Assembly (NCBI GenBank): GCA_035936995.1
Contig: DASYVR010000024.1
Span: forward strand, 7,276 to 71,275
Source of the DNA: Candidatus Dormiibacterota bacterium
GTDB lineage: Bacteria; Chloroflexota; Dormibacteria; CF-121
Direction: 5' to 3'
DNA length: 64,000 nt
Made by a program: the position numbers and the translations under genes
Notes under the pieces: model-generated
Seen by the model: the letters and a program-made list of their open reading frames with translations, nothing else
Told to the model about the DNA's origin: nothing
Database searches by the model: none
In this document: in pieces, positions 43,368 to 53,580 of the stretch
Layout: each line of letters opens with the position of its first letter
How positions within the stretch are numbered: the first letter of the stretch is position 1

Positions 43368-43796
43368 TTACCGGTCGAGGGTGAATCCGATGCGCCGCCT
43401 GGGCGACGTCGCCTGGGTCGCGGCAAGGTAAAGGCTGAAATGCGCCACGCTCCGGAGCGCCTGGGGCCGGAGATTCGCGGTGGCGATCCGCAGTTGCATG
43501 CGTGGATCGTCGGGCCAGCTGCGCTGTTGCGCCACCGCCTCGCGGCTTCCGAGCGACCGCGCCAGGTCCAGGTACAGGTCGGCAACCGGGACCGTCAGGG
43601 CTCGCGCAATGGCGAGAAGGCGCTCGGCGGAGACGTCCTTGAGTCCCCGCTCCACCTCGGAGAGGTAGGCGGGAGACAGCTCCGCGGCCTCCGCCAGCGC
43701 GGTCAGCGACCGCTCGGCCTCCATCCGCCGCCGGCGCAGCACGGCGCCAAGCGCGACTCGAATCGAACTTGCGTCTTCGCTGTGAGCGTATGACAT
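43368..43796 (-). CDS. XRE-family HTH regulator, ClgR-like
   Basis: [37 protein letters not shown] matches the ClgR-type HTH pattern. Lies 14 nt upstream of clpP. Confidence 0.65.
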   Translation of the reverse strand: MSYAHSEDASSIRVALGAVLRRRRMEAERSLTALAEAAELSPAYLSEVERGLKDVSAERLLAIARALTVPVADLYLDLARSLGSREAVAQQRSWPDDPRMQLRIATANLRPQALRSVAHFSLYLAATQATSPRRRIGFTLDR

Positions 43797-43882
43797 ATGC
43801 CTTGAGCGCATGATAGCACGCCGCCCAACCGCACGAGGTCGGGGTGTTTACGCGTTGCAGGACTGTGCCTTGCCGGTTAGCC

Positions 43883-45103
43883 ATGCTCTCGGCGGCCAGT
43901 GCCGTCGCCGTCGTCCTCGCGGGCTGCACTCAGGCATCGGCGGTCAAACCGTCACCGACGGTGAGTCCTGACAGTTCGCCGTCGACCAGCGCCGCCCGAT
44001 CTCCAGCCATCTCGATATCGCCGTCGCCGACGCCAACACCGACGGCGACGTCCACACCGGTGCCGACCCCATCGGGTGTCGACCCGGCATTTGTGCCGGC
44101 CCTGGCGGCCATTCAAATGGTTGGCCCGCGGCGCGGTTGGGCGGTCGGCTCCCACGCGATCTTCACGACCGGCGACGGCAGCCATTGGGTGAAGCAATAT
44201 GCTTCGACGGAGGAGTTTGTCGGCGTGGACTTCATCAGCACGACCACCGGATGGGCGGTCGGCGTTGGCACCCTCCTCGGCACCAGCGATGGCGGCCGCA
44301 CCTGGCGCCCCCTGGGAGAACCGTCGACGCCAATCCGCTCGATCCATTTCGTCACTGCCTCCGATGGGTGGGGCATCGCCGGCGGCAGTGATCCGCAGAT
44401 GATGCACGGCTGGCTGATCCCACACGACGCCGCCGCGCTGGTATTCACGCAGGATGGCGGGCAAACCTGGGCGGCGGCGGCGAGCCCAGCCAACCCGCAA
44501 GCGGTGTGCTTCAGCGACGCCGGCCAGGGCTGGCTCGGCACCAGGGATGGCGCTATCTACAAGAGCACCGATCAGGGCCAGACCTGGACGAAGGCGCTGC
44601 AACGGCCAGACCAGCCACAGACAGACTACGGACTGGCCACCCTGATCGAGTGCGCCGCTCCACGTGCCCTCTGGGTGCTTTTCGTAGGCGGCGGCGCGGC
44701 GGCAAGCCACAGTCCCTATATCGCGTATGCCACACCGGATGGATCCAGCTGGCGGGCCGTGCTGAACGAGCCCATGACCGAGAATCAACCTGGCGTGCCA
44801 GCAGGCCCCGATACGTACCCGCCCAGCTTCAGCGTGGTCGATCCCACCGATGCGGTGTTCATCGGTGATGGGCCGGCCACCAACTACGCGCAATGCGTCA
44901 TCGCCAGCAATGGCGGTGCGACCCTTCGCCGCACCGGCCGCATCGACAACGCGCCCGAAACATTCGCCGCGGCATTCGTCAGCGTTACGGCAGGTTGGGT
45001 CTTGACCAGGAACGCCGGCGGGGACTACGTGATCGATGCGACGGCCGACGGCGGCTATCACTGGTCCCAACAACTGGCCGTCGTGCCAACCTCGGCCGGC
45101 TAG
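43883..45103 (+). CDS. Lipoprotein with BNR/Ycf48-like beta-propeller repeats
   Basis: Lipobox VVLAGC. Ser/Pro/Thr linker. Repeats [16 protein letters not shown] and STDQGQTW. Confidence 0.7.
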   Translation: MLSAASAVAVVLAGCTQASAVKPSPTVSPDSSPSTSAARSPAISISPSPTPTPTATSTPVPTPSGVDPAFVPALAAIQMVGPRRGWAVGSHAIFTTGDGSHWVKQYASTEEFVGVDFISTTTGWAVGVGTLLGTSDGGRTWRPLGEPSTPIRSIHFVTASDGWGIAGGSDPQMMHGWLIPHDAAALVFTQDGGQTWAAAASPANPQAVCFSDAGQGWLGTRDGAIYKSTDQGQTWTKALQRPDQPQTDYGLATLIECAAPRALWVLFVGGGAAASHSPYIAYATPDGSSWRAVLNEPMTENQPGVPAGPDTYPPSFSVVDPTDAVFIGDGPATNYAQCVIASNGGATLRRTGRIDNAPETFAAAFVSVTAGWVLTRNAGGDYVIDATADGGYHWSQQLAVVPTSAG

Positions 45104-46575
45104 TGCTGCTCGGTCTCGACCTCGGGAGCGCCGGCGCCCGCGCCGTCGCGATCGATGAGACGGGGGCGGTCCTGGCTTCGGCGTTCCTCGGATATCCGAC
45201 GCACTCCCCGCGGCCTGGCTGGGTCGAACAGGATCCTGAGGCTTGGTGGCGTGCCGCGGCGCACGTCCTGGCCGGCGTCGCCGCGCAAGTCCGTGGTGAG
45301 ATCGGTGGCCTCGGCTTGACGGGCCAGCACGGCGGCGTGTTTGTCGATACCGCAGGTGCGCCGGTTCGGCCCGCCATCCTCGGCAGCGACCGGCGCGCGG
45401 CTTCGCAGGCGGAGCGCATCAGCGAACGCATCGGGGCTCGGCGGCTGATCGAGATCAGCGGCGGCCCAGCGCTCCCCGGCTGTGAGGCGCCGGCCATCCT
45501 CTGGCTGCGGGACGTCGAACCGGTCCAGTTCCGGCACACGCGCCGCGTGCTGCTGCCGAAGGATCACGTCCGGTTGATGCTGACGGGCGAGGCGGCGACC
45601 GATGTCGTTGACGCCGCGGCAACACTCCTGCTGGATCTCCGCCGACGGAGCTGGTCAGACGAGATCCTCGACGCGCTCGAGATCCCGGTCGCGTGGATGC
45701 CGCAGGTCCACGAGAGCCTCGAGATCGCGGGCGGCCTGCGCCCATCCCTCGCCGCCGAGCTCGGACTCCCGGCGGGACTGCCGGTCGCTGCCGGGGCGGG
45801 TGAGACCGCCGCCGCGGCGGTCAGCACCGGCATCGTTGCCAGTGGGCTGATCGGCTCGTCGATCGACAGCGGCGGCCTTCTGTTCGCGCCGATCAATGAC
45901 GCCGTCGCCGATCCAGGCGGTCGTCTGCGGACGGCCTGTGATCCGGTGCCGCAGCGCTATCACCTGACCGGGACGACCCCATCAGCGGGCGCATCGCTGC
46001 GCTGGTGGCGGGACATTCTCGGACGGCGGTTCGGCTATGAGGAGCTTTGCGCACAGGCCGACGCCGTCGCTGTCGGGGCAGACAGTCTCTTTTTCGTGCC
46101 TCACGCCAATGGCGAGGGCACGCCGCTCCATGACGCTGGCGCGCGCGGTGCCTTCGTTGGACTGCGGGCGCATCACACGCAGGCGGACCTGACGCGGGCC
46201 GTGATGGAAGGCGTCGTCTTCAGCCTGCGAGACCGGCTCGACGTGATGCGTGCGCTCGGCATCGAACCGCGCCAGGTTCGCGCCACCGGCGGCGGGGCCC
46301 GTAGCCGGCTCTGGCGGCAGATGCAGGCCGATATCTTCGCGGTGCCGGTCGCCGCCATGGCCTCGACGCCGAACCCGGCGGTGGGCGCGGCGCTGCTCGC
46401 GGGTGTGGCGACCGGAGTCTTCTCCGATGTGGCGGCCGCATCGGCGACCGTGGCGCGCCTCGAGAGTGTGCTCGAGCCCGATCCCGCACGGGCGGCGCGA
46501 TACGACCAGCTCTACCGCACCTTCAGCGCGCTCGATCCGGCGATCCGGCACCCGGCAGCCCCGCGGGCGACGTAA
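45103..46575 (+). CDS. FGGY-family carbohydrate kinase (second copy)
   Basis: GTG 45103 ([18 protein letters not shown]) overlaps the previous TAG by 1 nt. GWVEQDPEAWW and GLTGQHGG. Confidence 0.8.
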   Translation: MLLGLDLGSAGARAVAIDETGAVLASAFLGYPTHSPRPGWVEQDPEAWWRAAAHVLAGVAAQVRGEIGGLGLTGQHGGVFVDTAGAPVRPAILGSDRRAASQAERISERIGARRLIEISGGPALPGCEAPAILWLRDVEPVQFRHTRRVLLPKDHVRLMLTGEAATDVVDAAATLLLDLRRRSWSDEILDALEIPVAWMPQVHESLEIAGGLRPSLAAELGLPAGLPVAAGAGETAAAAVSTGIVASGLIGSSIDSGGLLFAPINDAVADPGGRLRTACDPVPQRYHLTGTTPSAGASLRWWRDILGRRFGYEELCAQADAVAVGADSLFFVPHANGEGTPLHDAGARGAFVGLRAHHTQADLTRAVMEGVVFSLRDRLDVMRALGIEPRQVRATGGGARSRLWRQMQADIFAVPVAAMASTPNPAVGAALLAGVATGVFSDVAAASATVARLESVLEPDPARAARYDQLYRTFSALDPAIRHPAAPRAT

Positions 46576-46586
46576 AATCCAGCACG

Positions 46587-46664
46587 CGGGGCGTAGCGCA
46601 GCCTGGTTAGCGCGCTTGCTTTGGGAGCAAGAGGCCGCGAGTTCGAATCTCGCCGCCCCGACCA
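46587..46664 (+). tRNA. tRNA-Pro (anticodon UGG), CCA encoded
   Basis: CGGGGCG-TA-GCGC-AGCCTGGTTA-GCGC-G-CTTGC-TTTGGGA-GCAAG-AGGCC-GCGAG-TTCGAAT-CTCGC-CGCCCCG-A-CCA. Confidence 0.9.
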
Positions 46665-46685
46665 GATTTCAGAAAGGATTAGCGA

Positions 46686-46961
46686 ATGCTCCAGGTCCTC
46701 GTGATCATCGTCGCGATCAGCGTGCTGGTCGTGTTCGCGTTCCGCTGGTTCGAGCGCTACCGTTACAGCGATGCCTGGCGCACGAGCGAGTTTCGCGGCG
46801 TTGCCTTTGGCTTCCTGGTGTGGTTTGGTGGCATCTTCGGCCACCGGGTCCCGCCACCGCCACAGGCGAAGGTGGAATTTGCGACCCGCGCCGCCGAGCC
46901 GGAGCTGCCGCCTTCAGGCGGCGCGGCGCTCCCGGATCAGGCTACGCACGATAAAGAGTAG
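46686..46961 (+). CDS. Small membrane protein, hypothetical
   Basis: MLQVLVIIVAISVLVVFAF plus a second helix. The 3' end overlaps the convergent proline dehydrogenase gene by 48 nt. Confidence 0.35.
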   Translation: MLQVLVIIVAISVLVVFAFRWFERYRYSDAWRTSEFRGVAFGFLVWFGGIFGHRVPPPPQAKVEFATRAAEPELPPSGGAALPDQATHDKE

Positions 46962-47870
46962 GTTGGCCGGACGTTCGGCCAGCCGCCGCATCAGATACGG
47001 ATACCACTCGGTCCCATAAGGGACGTAGATCCGGACACGATAGCCCTCCCGCAGCAGCCGATCCTGCAAATCGCGGCGGATCCCGTACAGCATCTGGAAC
47101 TCGAACCGGTCGGGGCTGATCTCGCGCTCGCGGGCGAATCGTTGGGTCGCCTCGATCAGCCGGTCGTCGTGGGTGGCGATTGCCGGGTACACACCGTTGA
47201 GCAATAGCTGCTGCATCTCCGCTTCGAACTTCGCATCGACATCGGCTTTCTCCGGGAAGGCAACGGTGGGCGGCTCATCGTACGCTCCCTTGACCAGCCG
47301 CACCCGGAGCTTCGCCGCATTGACACATGCCACGTCGTCCGGCGTCCGGTAGAGATAGCTCTGCAGGACGACCCCACAATTCGGGAAGCGCTCGTGCAGG
47401 CCGAGCACCAGATCGAGCGTCCGCTGCGTATAGGCCGAGCCTTCCATGTCGATGCGCACGAAGTTGTCGAGCTGCTGAGCTCGCTCAAGGATCCTCGTCA
47501 GCAGCTCCTGGCAAAGCCCGGGGGCGATATCGAGCCCGAGCTGCGTCAGTTTGACCGAGACATTCGCGTTCAGCTTTTCCGTCCCGATCCGCTCGAAGGC
47601 TGCCAGGTAGTCATCGGAGGCAGCGCGGGCCGCCTTCTCTTCCGCGACATTCTCGCCGAGGTGATCCAGGCTTGCCGACCAGCCGCGGCGGTTGACCTCG
47701 GTGACCACCCGGACGGCATCATCCAGCCGATCACCGGCGACGAAGCGATAGGCGAGCGAGGAGGTGATCCGCTGGCGGGTCACGAACCGCTGCAGCCCGC
47801 GACGATGCGAGAGGTAGAGGAACGATGCCCGCAGCACGTCAGAAAGAACTCTCCGACGACAGCGCCGCAT
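46914..47870 (-). CDS. putA: Proline dehydrogenase
   Basis: SLDHLGE, VSVKLTQLG, VRIDMEGS, RVRLVKGAY, AIATHD and FEFQMLYGIR. Start is ATG 47870 or GTG 47837. Confidence 0.85.
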   Translation of the reverse strand: MRRCRRRVLSDVLRASFLYLSHRRGLQRFVTRQRITSSLAYRFVAGDRLDDAVRVVTEVNRRGWSASLDHLGENVAEEKAARAASDDYLAAFERIGTEKLNANVSVKLTQLGLDIAPGLCQELLTRILERAQQLDNFVRIDMEGSAYTQRTLDLVLGLHERFPNCGVVLQSYLYRTPDDVACVNAAKLRVRLVKGAYDEPPTVAFPEKADVDAKFEAEMQQLLLNGVYPAIATHDDRLIEATQRFAREREISPDRFEFQMLYGIRRDLQDRLLREGYRVRIYVPYGTEWYPYLMRRLAERPANLLFIVRSLIRERRAA

Positions 47871-48459
47871 CGAAGGCGCCGTGCACCTCCAGGGCGTTGA
47901 GCGCACGAGCCCGGTGGCTGAGCAGGTTCTTTTCCTCGGTCGACAGCTCCGCCAGCATCCGGCGATCGGGCAGCCGGAAGATGGGATCGAAGCCGAAGCC
48001 GCCGGTTCCACGGGGCTCGGCGGCGATCGTTCCGCTCAGGATGCCTTCGCCTTCGAAGATCCGACCGTCCGGCAGGGCCAGGACGGCGGCGCAGCGAAAC
48101 ACCGCCGGCGGCGAGTCGTGAGCCGCCTCCCCCAGCGCGCGCAAGAGCGCCTGGACGAGCGCCTGGCTGTCGCCCTTGTGGTCCGCGCCGGCAAAGTAGG
48201 CGGACTGGACGCCAGGCTTGCCACCGAGGCGCGCCACCTCCAGGCCGGAATCGTCGGCCAGCGTCGGCAGTCCGCTCAGCCGCCGGCCGGCCTCGGCCTT
48301 CTTGCGCGCGTTCTCCAGGTAGGTGGCGCCGTCTTCTTCGACGTCCAACTCGATGCCGGCGTCGGCCGGCGTCACCAACTCCATCGGTAGGTCAGCGAGG
48401 ATCAAACGGAGTTCTTTGAGCTTGCCCTCGTTCGACGTGGCGAGCAGCAGCCGGTTCAG
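47839..48459 (-). CDS. rdgB: dITP/XTP pyrophosphatase (RdgB/HAM1 family)
   Basis: [39 protein letters not shown] and SHRARAL. No canonical start lies near the conserved N-terminus; CTG 48459 proposed (see findings). Confidence 0.8.
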   Translation of the reverse strand: MNRLLLATSNEGKLKELRLILADLPMELVTPADAGIELDVEEDGATYLENARKKAEAGRRLSGLPTLADDSGLEVARLGGKPGVQSAYFAGADHKGDSQALVQALLRALGEAAHDSPPAVFRCAAVLALPDGRIFEGEGILSGTIAAEPRGTGGFGFDPIFRLPDRRMLAELSTEEKNLLSHRARALNALEVHGAFDAALSSESSF

Positions 48460-49184
48460 CGCAGCTTCAGCGCCTTCTTCTGCGCTTCGACCAGCTCGGC
48501 CGCGCCCTTCACCGCCAGCTTGAGCATCTGGTCCATCTCCTCCGGCTTGAACGGTTCCTGCTCGGCGGTGCCCTGGATCTCGATGAATCGACCGTCTTCT
48601 GCCAGCACGCAATTCATGTCGGTCTGGGCGGCGAAGTCCTCCAGGTAGTTGAGGTCCAGGCGCGGCTGGCCCTGGACGATGCCGACACTCACGGCGGAGA
48701 CGAAGTGCCGGATGGGCAGCACCCGCAGGAGATTACGCTCGACAGCCCTCTGCAAGGCCAGGTGCAGCGCCACGAATCCGCCCGTGATCGAGGCGGTGCG
48801 CGTGCCACCGTCCGCCTGCAAGACATCGCAGTCGACCATGATGGTCCGCTCCCCCATCAGCGGCATGTCGACCGCCGCACGCAGCGCCCGGCCGATCAGC
48901 CGCTGGATTTCCTGGCTGCGGCCGTCGACCCGGCCGGTGCGAGCCTCACGCGCGGTTCGCGTCTGGGTGGCCCGCGGCAGCATGGAGTATTCCGCGGTCA
49001 CCCAGCCTTCCCCGGTGCCCTTCTTGTGCGGCGGCGGCTTGTCGTCCCAGCTGGCGGTGCAGAGCACCCGCGTGTCGCCCATGTTGATCAGGGCCGAGCC
49101 CTCGGCATAGAGATTGACGGCGGTTTCGATCTTTACCGGCCGGAGCTGGTCCGGTTTCCGGCCGTCTGGTCGCGTCTGAGCCAA
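48456..49184 (-). CDS. rph: Ribonuclease PH
   Basis: [47 protein letters not shown] and [17 protein letters not shown]. Confidence 0.9.
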   Translation of the reverse strand: MAQTRPDGRKPDQLRPVKIETAVNLYAEGSALINMGDTRVLCTASWDDKPPPHKKGTGEGWVTAEYSMLPRATQTRTAREARTGRVDGRSQEIQRLIGRALRAAVDMPLMGERTIMVDCDVLQADGGTRTASITGGFVALHLALQRAVERNLLRVLPIRHFVSAVSVGIVQGQPRLDLNYLEDFAAQTDMNCVLAEDGRFIEIQGTAEQEPFKPEEMDQMLKLAVKGAAELVEAQKKALKLR

Positions 49185-49189
49185 CGCGA

Positions 49190-49927
49190 CTATCTTCGCA
49201 GAGCGCGGATCACCAGGATGCTGGCCTCGAACAGGATGATCAACGGCAGCGTCAGCAGCGTCGGGGTGAATGGATCGATGCCGGGCGTCACCATGTTCGC
49301 GCCCGTGAAGATCCCGAGCCAGAACTTGAATCGGTTACGCGAAAGGAATCGGGCACTGACGATGCCCGCCAGGCCCAGCATCGTCATCGCGAGCGGCAGC
49401 TCGAAGGTGACCCCGAATATCGCGATCAGGATCAGAATGAAGTTGATGTACTTGTCGGCGAATGGCAGGTAGGTCAGATTGGAGCTGCCGATTCCGGTCA
49501 AAAAGCGGAGCGCGATCGGCATCGCAAAAAACGCGAAGCCGATTCCCAAGGCGAAGAGCAGCACAGCCGAGGTCACGAAGCCGATCGCGAATCGGCGCTC
49601 GTTGCGGTGGAGCCCAGGGGCGACAAAGGTCCATACCTGCCAAAAGATCACCGGGCTGCTGAGCACGAACCCGGTGAAGATACCGATCTTGAAGAAGAGA
49701 AGAAAGGCATCGATTGGACCGGGGTAGATCAACTTCTGGTTCCCGATCACCTTGTGAATGGGCCCGACCAAAATGCCCAGAACTGGTTGGGATACAGCAA
49801 AGCCGATCACCGTCGCAACCCCCCAGGCAATCAGCGAGATGATCAGTACGCGACGCAACTCCTCGAGGTGCTCGATGACGGTCATGCGTCGCTCCTCTTC
49901 CGGAGGAACGATCTTTGGCTTGGCCAT
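49190..49927 (-). CDS. tatC: Twin-arginine translocase subunit TatC
   Basis: [15 protein letters not shown]..., six TM helices, and FELPL motif. Confidence 0.9.
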   Translation of the reverse strand: MAKPKIVPPEEERRMTVIEHLEELRRVLIISLIAWGVATVIGFAVSQPVLGILVGPIHKVIGNQKLIYPGPIDAFLLFFKIGIFTGFVLSSPVIFWQVWTFVAPGLHRNERRFAIGFVTSAVLLFALGIGFAFFAMPIALRFLTGIGSSNLTYLPFADKYINFILILIAIFGVTFELPLAMTMLGLAGIVSARFLSRNRFKFWLGIFTGANMVTPGIDPFTPTLLTLPLIILFEASILVIRALRR

Positions 49928-49952
49928 GGCTGGCGCTGGCGGCGCCCGGTGC

Positions 49953-50204
49953 TTAGGAGGCCTTGGTGTCGGTCGGCGACTTTACGTCGGTGGCCGGCCG
50001 GTCAGGCGCCGGGTGGGCATCAGCCGGAGGCTCCGAGGCGGTGCCCCGCTTGATTTCGTCCGTGAGATCGGTGGAGGCCTTGCGGAACTCCCGCATCGCC
50101 TTTCCGATGGCGCCGCCAACCTCGGGAAGCTTCCCCGGTCCATACACAATGAGCACGATCGCGAGGACGATGACCAGGACGTACCAGTGACCAAGAAATG
50201 GCAT
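49953..50204 (-). CDS. tatA: Twin-arginine translocase subunit TatA/E
   Basis: HWYVLVIVLAIVLIVYGPGKLPEVGGAIGKAMREFRKA. Confidence 0.85.
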   Translation of the reverse strand: MPFLGHWYVLVIVLAIVLIVYGPGKLPEVGGAIGKAMREFRKASTDLTDEIKRGTASEPPADAHPAPDRPATDVKSPTDTKAS

Positions 50205-50271
50205 TCAGGCTCCTCTTGCGGGCCCATTATACGCCCGGCTTGGAATCACTTCCTTAAGGCCGGTTGAGACG

Positions 50272-50904
50272 CTAGGTGATCTGTTCCTGGACCGTCACCG
50301 ACGTCATGACGTCGCCCTGCGCGATCTTGAGGACGACGTCCATGCCAGTCTGGACATAGCCGAAGAGGTTGTAGCTCTTGGTAAGCGCCTTCGTGTCATC
50401 GACGGTGCAGATGAAGAACTGGCTGCCGTTGGTGTTGGCTCCGGAGTTCGCCATCGCCACCGCGCCGGCGGTGTACTCGCCGAGCACGGGTTCGTCGTTG
50501 AACTTGTAGCCAGGCCCGCCCCCGCCGGTGCCCAGCGGGTCGCCGCCCTGAATGACGAAACCCGCGACGACGCGATGAAACTTGAGCCCGTCGTAGAAAT
50601 GGTCGCGAGCGAGGAAGACAAAATTGTTCACGGTGATCGGCGCCAGCTTCGGATCGAGGCGAAGGGTGATGGTCCCCTTATTGGTGTTAATAGTCACGAG
50701 GTAGTGGTGCGCGGTGTTGATCGTCATCGGCGGCGGGGCGCTGTAGCTTTTGGTGCTCACGATGGGACTCGGCGTTGGCGTCGCCGCGGTGCCCGGGTTG
50801 CCGCCGGCATTTCGTCCAACATAAACGGAGAACGCAATCATAGCGACCGCCAGGATGGCAAGCGTGGCCAGAATCTGCGGACCGCGCCGGGGCCGCTGCC
50901 TCAA
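50272..50904 (-). CDS. Membrane-anchored cyclophilin-type peptidyl-prolyl isomerase
   Basis: N-terminal TM helix. [25 protein letters not shown] and [18 protein letters not shown] start overlaps the hemB stop as TTGA. Confidence 0.85.
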   Translation of the reverse strand: MRQRPRRGPQILATLAILAVAMIAFSVYVGRNAGGNPGTAATPTPSPIVSTKSYSAPPPMTINTAHHYLVTINTNKGTITLRLDPKLAPITVNNFVFLARDHFYDGLKFHRVVAGFVIQGGDPLGTGGGGPGYKFNDEPVLGEYTAGAVAMANSGANTNGSQFFICTVDDTKALTKSYNLFGYVQTGMDVVLKIAQGDVMTSVTVQEQIT

Positions 50905-51893
50905 CCCATCTCGTCCCAGCAGGGGATATCGGCGGCGACCTGCTTCGCGTGGTAGGTGAGGATCATCTGGGCGCCCGCGCGCCGGATCCCGAGCAGGATC
51001 TCCCGCAGCACCCGACGTTCGTCGATCCAGCCGTTCGCCGCGGCCGCCTTGACCATGGCGTACTCGCCGCTGACGTTGTAGGCCGCGACCGGGACCTCCA
51101 TCGAGTCCGCGACCGCGCGGATGACGTCGAGGTAAGCGAGCGCCGGCTTGACCATGACGATGTCGGCACCTTCTTCGACGTCCAGGCGCGCCTCCCGGAT
51201 GGCCTCACGCGCATTGGCCGGATCCATCTGATAGCCGCGCCGGTCGCCGAAGCGAGGCGCCGACCCGGCCGCTTCTCGGAACGGTCCATAAAACGCCGAG
51301 GCGTACTTGGCGGCGTAGGCGAGGATGGCCCGATCGCTAAAGCCCTCCCGATCGAGGGCCGACCGGATGACCCCGACCTGGCCGTCCATCATGCCGGAAG
51401 GGGCAATGACGTCGGCGCCCGCAGCGGCCTGCGCCACGGCAATCCGTTGGTAGAGCTCCAGCGTCTGGTCATTGGCGACGGTGTCCCCCTCGAGCACCCC
51501 GCAATGGCCGTGGTCGGTGTACTCGCAGAGACAGAGGTCCGCGATCAACAGGGCGTCCGCTCCAAACGCATCCCGAAGCTGGCGAAGCGACCGCTGGACG
51601 ATGCCGTCGTCGGCCCATGCCTGCGAGCCCTGCGCATCTTTGTGTGCCGGAATGCCGAAGAGCAGGAAGCTCCGCACGCCGACCTTGATCGCGGCTTCCG
51701 CCTCACGCGTCAAGGAGTCGATCGTGTGCTGATGGTGCCCGGGCATCGCCTCGATCGGCCGCGGCTCGTCGATCGCGTCACGAACGAACAGCGGGTAGAT
51801 GAGATCCTCAGCCGCGATCCGTGTCTCCCGGGCGAGCCGGCGGAGCGCAGGCCTCGACCGCAAGCGGCGGGGGCGTTTAGTTGGAAACGTCAT
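50901..51893 (-). CDS. hemB: Porphobilinogen synthase
   Basis: RPRRLR..., [21 protein letters not shown] and VKPAL. Confidence 0.9.
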   Translation of the reverse strand: MTFPTKRPRRLRSRPALRRLARETRIAAEDLIYPLFVRDAIDEPRPIEAMPGHHQHTIDSLTREAEAAIKVGVRSFLLFGIPAHKDAQGSQAWADDGIVQRSLRQLRDAFGADALLIADLCLCEYTDHGHCGVLEGDTVANDQTLELYQRIAVAQAAAGADVIAPSGMMDGQVGVIRSALDREGFSDRAILAYAAKYASAFYGPFREAAGSAPRFGDRRGYQMDPANAREAIREARLDVEEGADIVMVKPALAYLDVIRAVADSMEVPVAAYNVSGEYAMVKAAAANGWIDERRVLREILLGIRRAGAQMILTYHAKQVAADIPCWDEMG

Positions 51894-53545
51894 GCTGGAA
51901 TTGGAGTGCGGCTGCGCACGATGGCGTCGACCAGTCCGCGCGTCGTGTACTCCTGCGCGATGATATCAACCCGCAGTCCAAGATCGCGCGCGGTCTGCGC
52001 CGTGATCGGACCGATGCAGGCGATCCTGACCCGGTCGGGCAGCGCGCCCTCCATGGCGTCGACGAAATGGCGCACCGTCGAGGAGCTGGTAAAGGTGATG
52101 ATGTCCACACCCGGCAGACAGGCGGCCAGCCGTGGCCGCACGTCGGCGGGCGGGACCGACCGATAGGTGTCCAGGACATCGACCCGAGCGCCGCGAGCGC
52201 GAAGCTGATCCGGGAGGACGTCGCGGGCGCCGGCGGCCCGCGCCAGCAGGATGCGGGCGCCGGGTGCCATCGCCGCCGCGAGCGCATCCGCCAGCTCTTC
52301 CGCGATGAAACGCTGGGGCACCAGCGTCGGCGTCATCCCCGCGTCCTGGGCCCGCGCCGCCGTTTCGGGGCCGATGGCGGCGACCTTTATCCCGGCAGGG
52401 AGGTCACGACTCGCCTCGCGCAGCAGCTCGCGCAGCCGGTCCACCCCATTGGCGCTGGTCAGCACCAGCCAGTCGTAGCGGTCGAGATCATGGAGCGACG
52501 CCGGGTCAACCGCGATCGGCTCGATCGCGATCACCGGGCAGCTGACCGCTTCCGCGCCCAGCGCCTTGAGTGCCTCCGCCAGCGCCGCCGCCTGGCGATC
52601 GGCGCGGGTGACCATGATGCGCAGTCCCGCCAGCGAGCCGCCCGGACGCGTCAGGAGACGGGCGGCGCCCTGCGCCTCGAGGTTGGCGGCGACCGCCTGC
52701 ACGACCTCGGCATCATGCCGGCCTCGGGCTTGCGCCCGGATGACCGTGGTGCCGTCCGCTTCGAGGACGACCGCCTGAAGGATCAGGTCCTCGCCGTCGA
52801 CGAGAGCGTACGCACCCAACGCCGAGAGGCATCCGCCGCCGAGTCGCCGAAGCAGGGCCCGTTCCGCCTGCACCGCCCGGCTGGTCTGTGGGTCGTCGAT
52901 CTCGGCCGCCAGCCGAGCCGCCTCACTACCCTCGATCGCCTGGACGGCCAGCGCGCCCTGCCCGGGCGCCGGCAGCATGATGTCGAAGGGCAGCAGCTGA
53001 TGCGCCTCCTCCAGCCGGCCAAGGCGTGCCAGCCCGGCGGCCGCGAGGACCAGGGCGTCGACCTCACCCTCGGCCAGGCGACGCAGCCGGGTGTCGACGT
53101 TACCGCGAATCTCGACGGACTTAAGATCGGGCCGGACGGCCGCGATCTGCGCCGCCCGTCGCGGGCTGCCGGTGCCGAGCCGGGCGCCGGCTGGAAGTTG
53201 CGACAGGTTGCCAGCCGGCCGGGAGATCAGCACGTCCCGGGCGTCCGCCCGGGGGAGGAAGGCGGCCAGCGTGAGCCCCGGCGTCGGCAGCGTCGGAAGG
53301 TCCTTCGCCGAGTGGACCGCCAGCTCCGCCCGACCATCGAGGAGCGCCTCCTCCAGCTCCTTGACGAACACGCCCTCGCGAGGCGACTCGCGTAAGCGCA
53401 TCGACGGATGGCGATCGCCGTGCGTCGTCAGCGGCGTGAGCACGAACTCGTGCTGCGGGTAGCGGCGCGCCAGCGCGTCCGCCGCCAGCTTTGCCTGGAT
53501 CATGGCCAGCGCGCTACCGCGCGTCGCCAGGCGGAAAGCAGCCAC
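51890..53545 (-). CDS. hemC: Bifunctional hydroxymethylbilane synthase / uroporphyrinogen-III synthase (HemC-HemD fusion)
   Basis: N-terminal [14 protein letters not shown]...IRGNVDTRL...GGCLSALGA is HemC. The C-terminal ~250 aa ([18 protein letters not shown]...[10 protein letters not shown]) is HemD. Confidence 0.85.
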   Translation of the reverse strand: MAAFRLATRGSALAMIQAKLAADALARRYPQHEFVLTPLTTHGDRHPSMRLRESPREGVFVKELEEALLDGRAELAVHSAKDLPTLPTPGLTLAAFLPRADARDVLISRPAGNLSQLPAGARLGTGSPRRAAQIAAVRPDLKSVEIRGNVDTRLRRLAEGEVDALVLAAAGLARLGRLEEAHQLLPFDIMLPAPGQGALAVQAIEGSEAARLAAEIDDPQTSRAVQAERALLRRLGGGCLSALGAYALVDGEDLILQAVVLEADGTTVIRAQARGRHDAEVVQAVAANLEAQGAARLLTRPGGSLAGLRIMVTRADRQAAALAEALKALGAEAVSCPVIAIEPIAVDPASLHDLDRYDWLVLTSANGVDRLRELLREASRDLPAGIKVAAIGPETAARAQDAGMTPTLVPQRFIAEELADALAAAMAPGARILLARAAGARDVLPDQLRARGARVDVLDTYRSVPPADVRPRLAACLPGVDIITFTSSSTVRHFVDAMEGALPDRVRIACIGPITAQTARDLGLRVDIIAQEYTTRGLVDAIVRSRTPIPA

Positions 53546-53580
53546 CTGCTGATGGTCTCAAACTGGATCGCGCCGCCGCG

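Noticed and set aside
39623-46575. Two FGGY kinases plus GH13 as a novel sugar-utilisation island
   Set aside because: The genes are interleaved with unrelated functions (ClpP, a lipoprotein). There is no transporter or regulator in between, and nothing unusual beyond the TGA in GH13.
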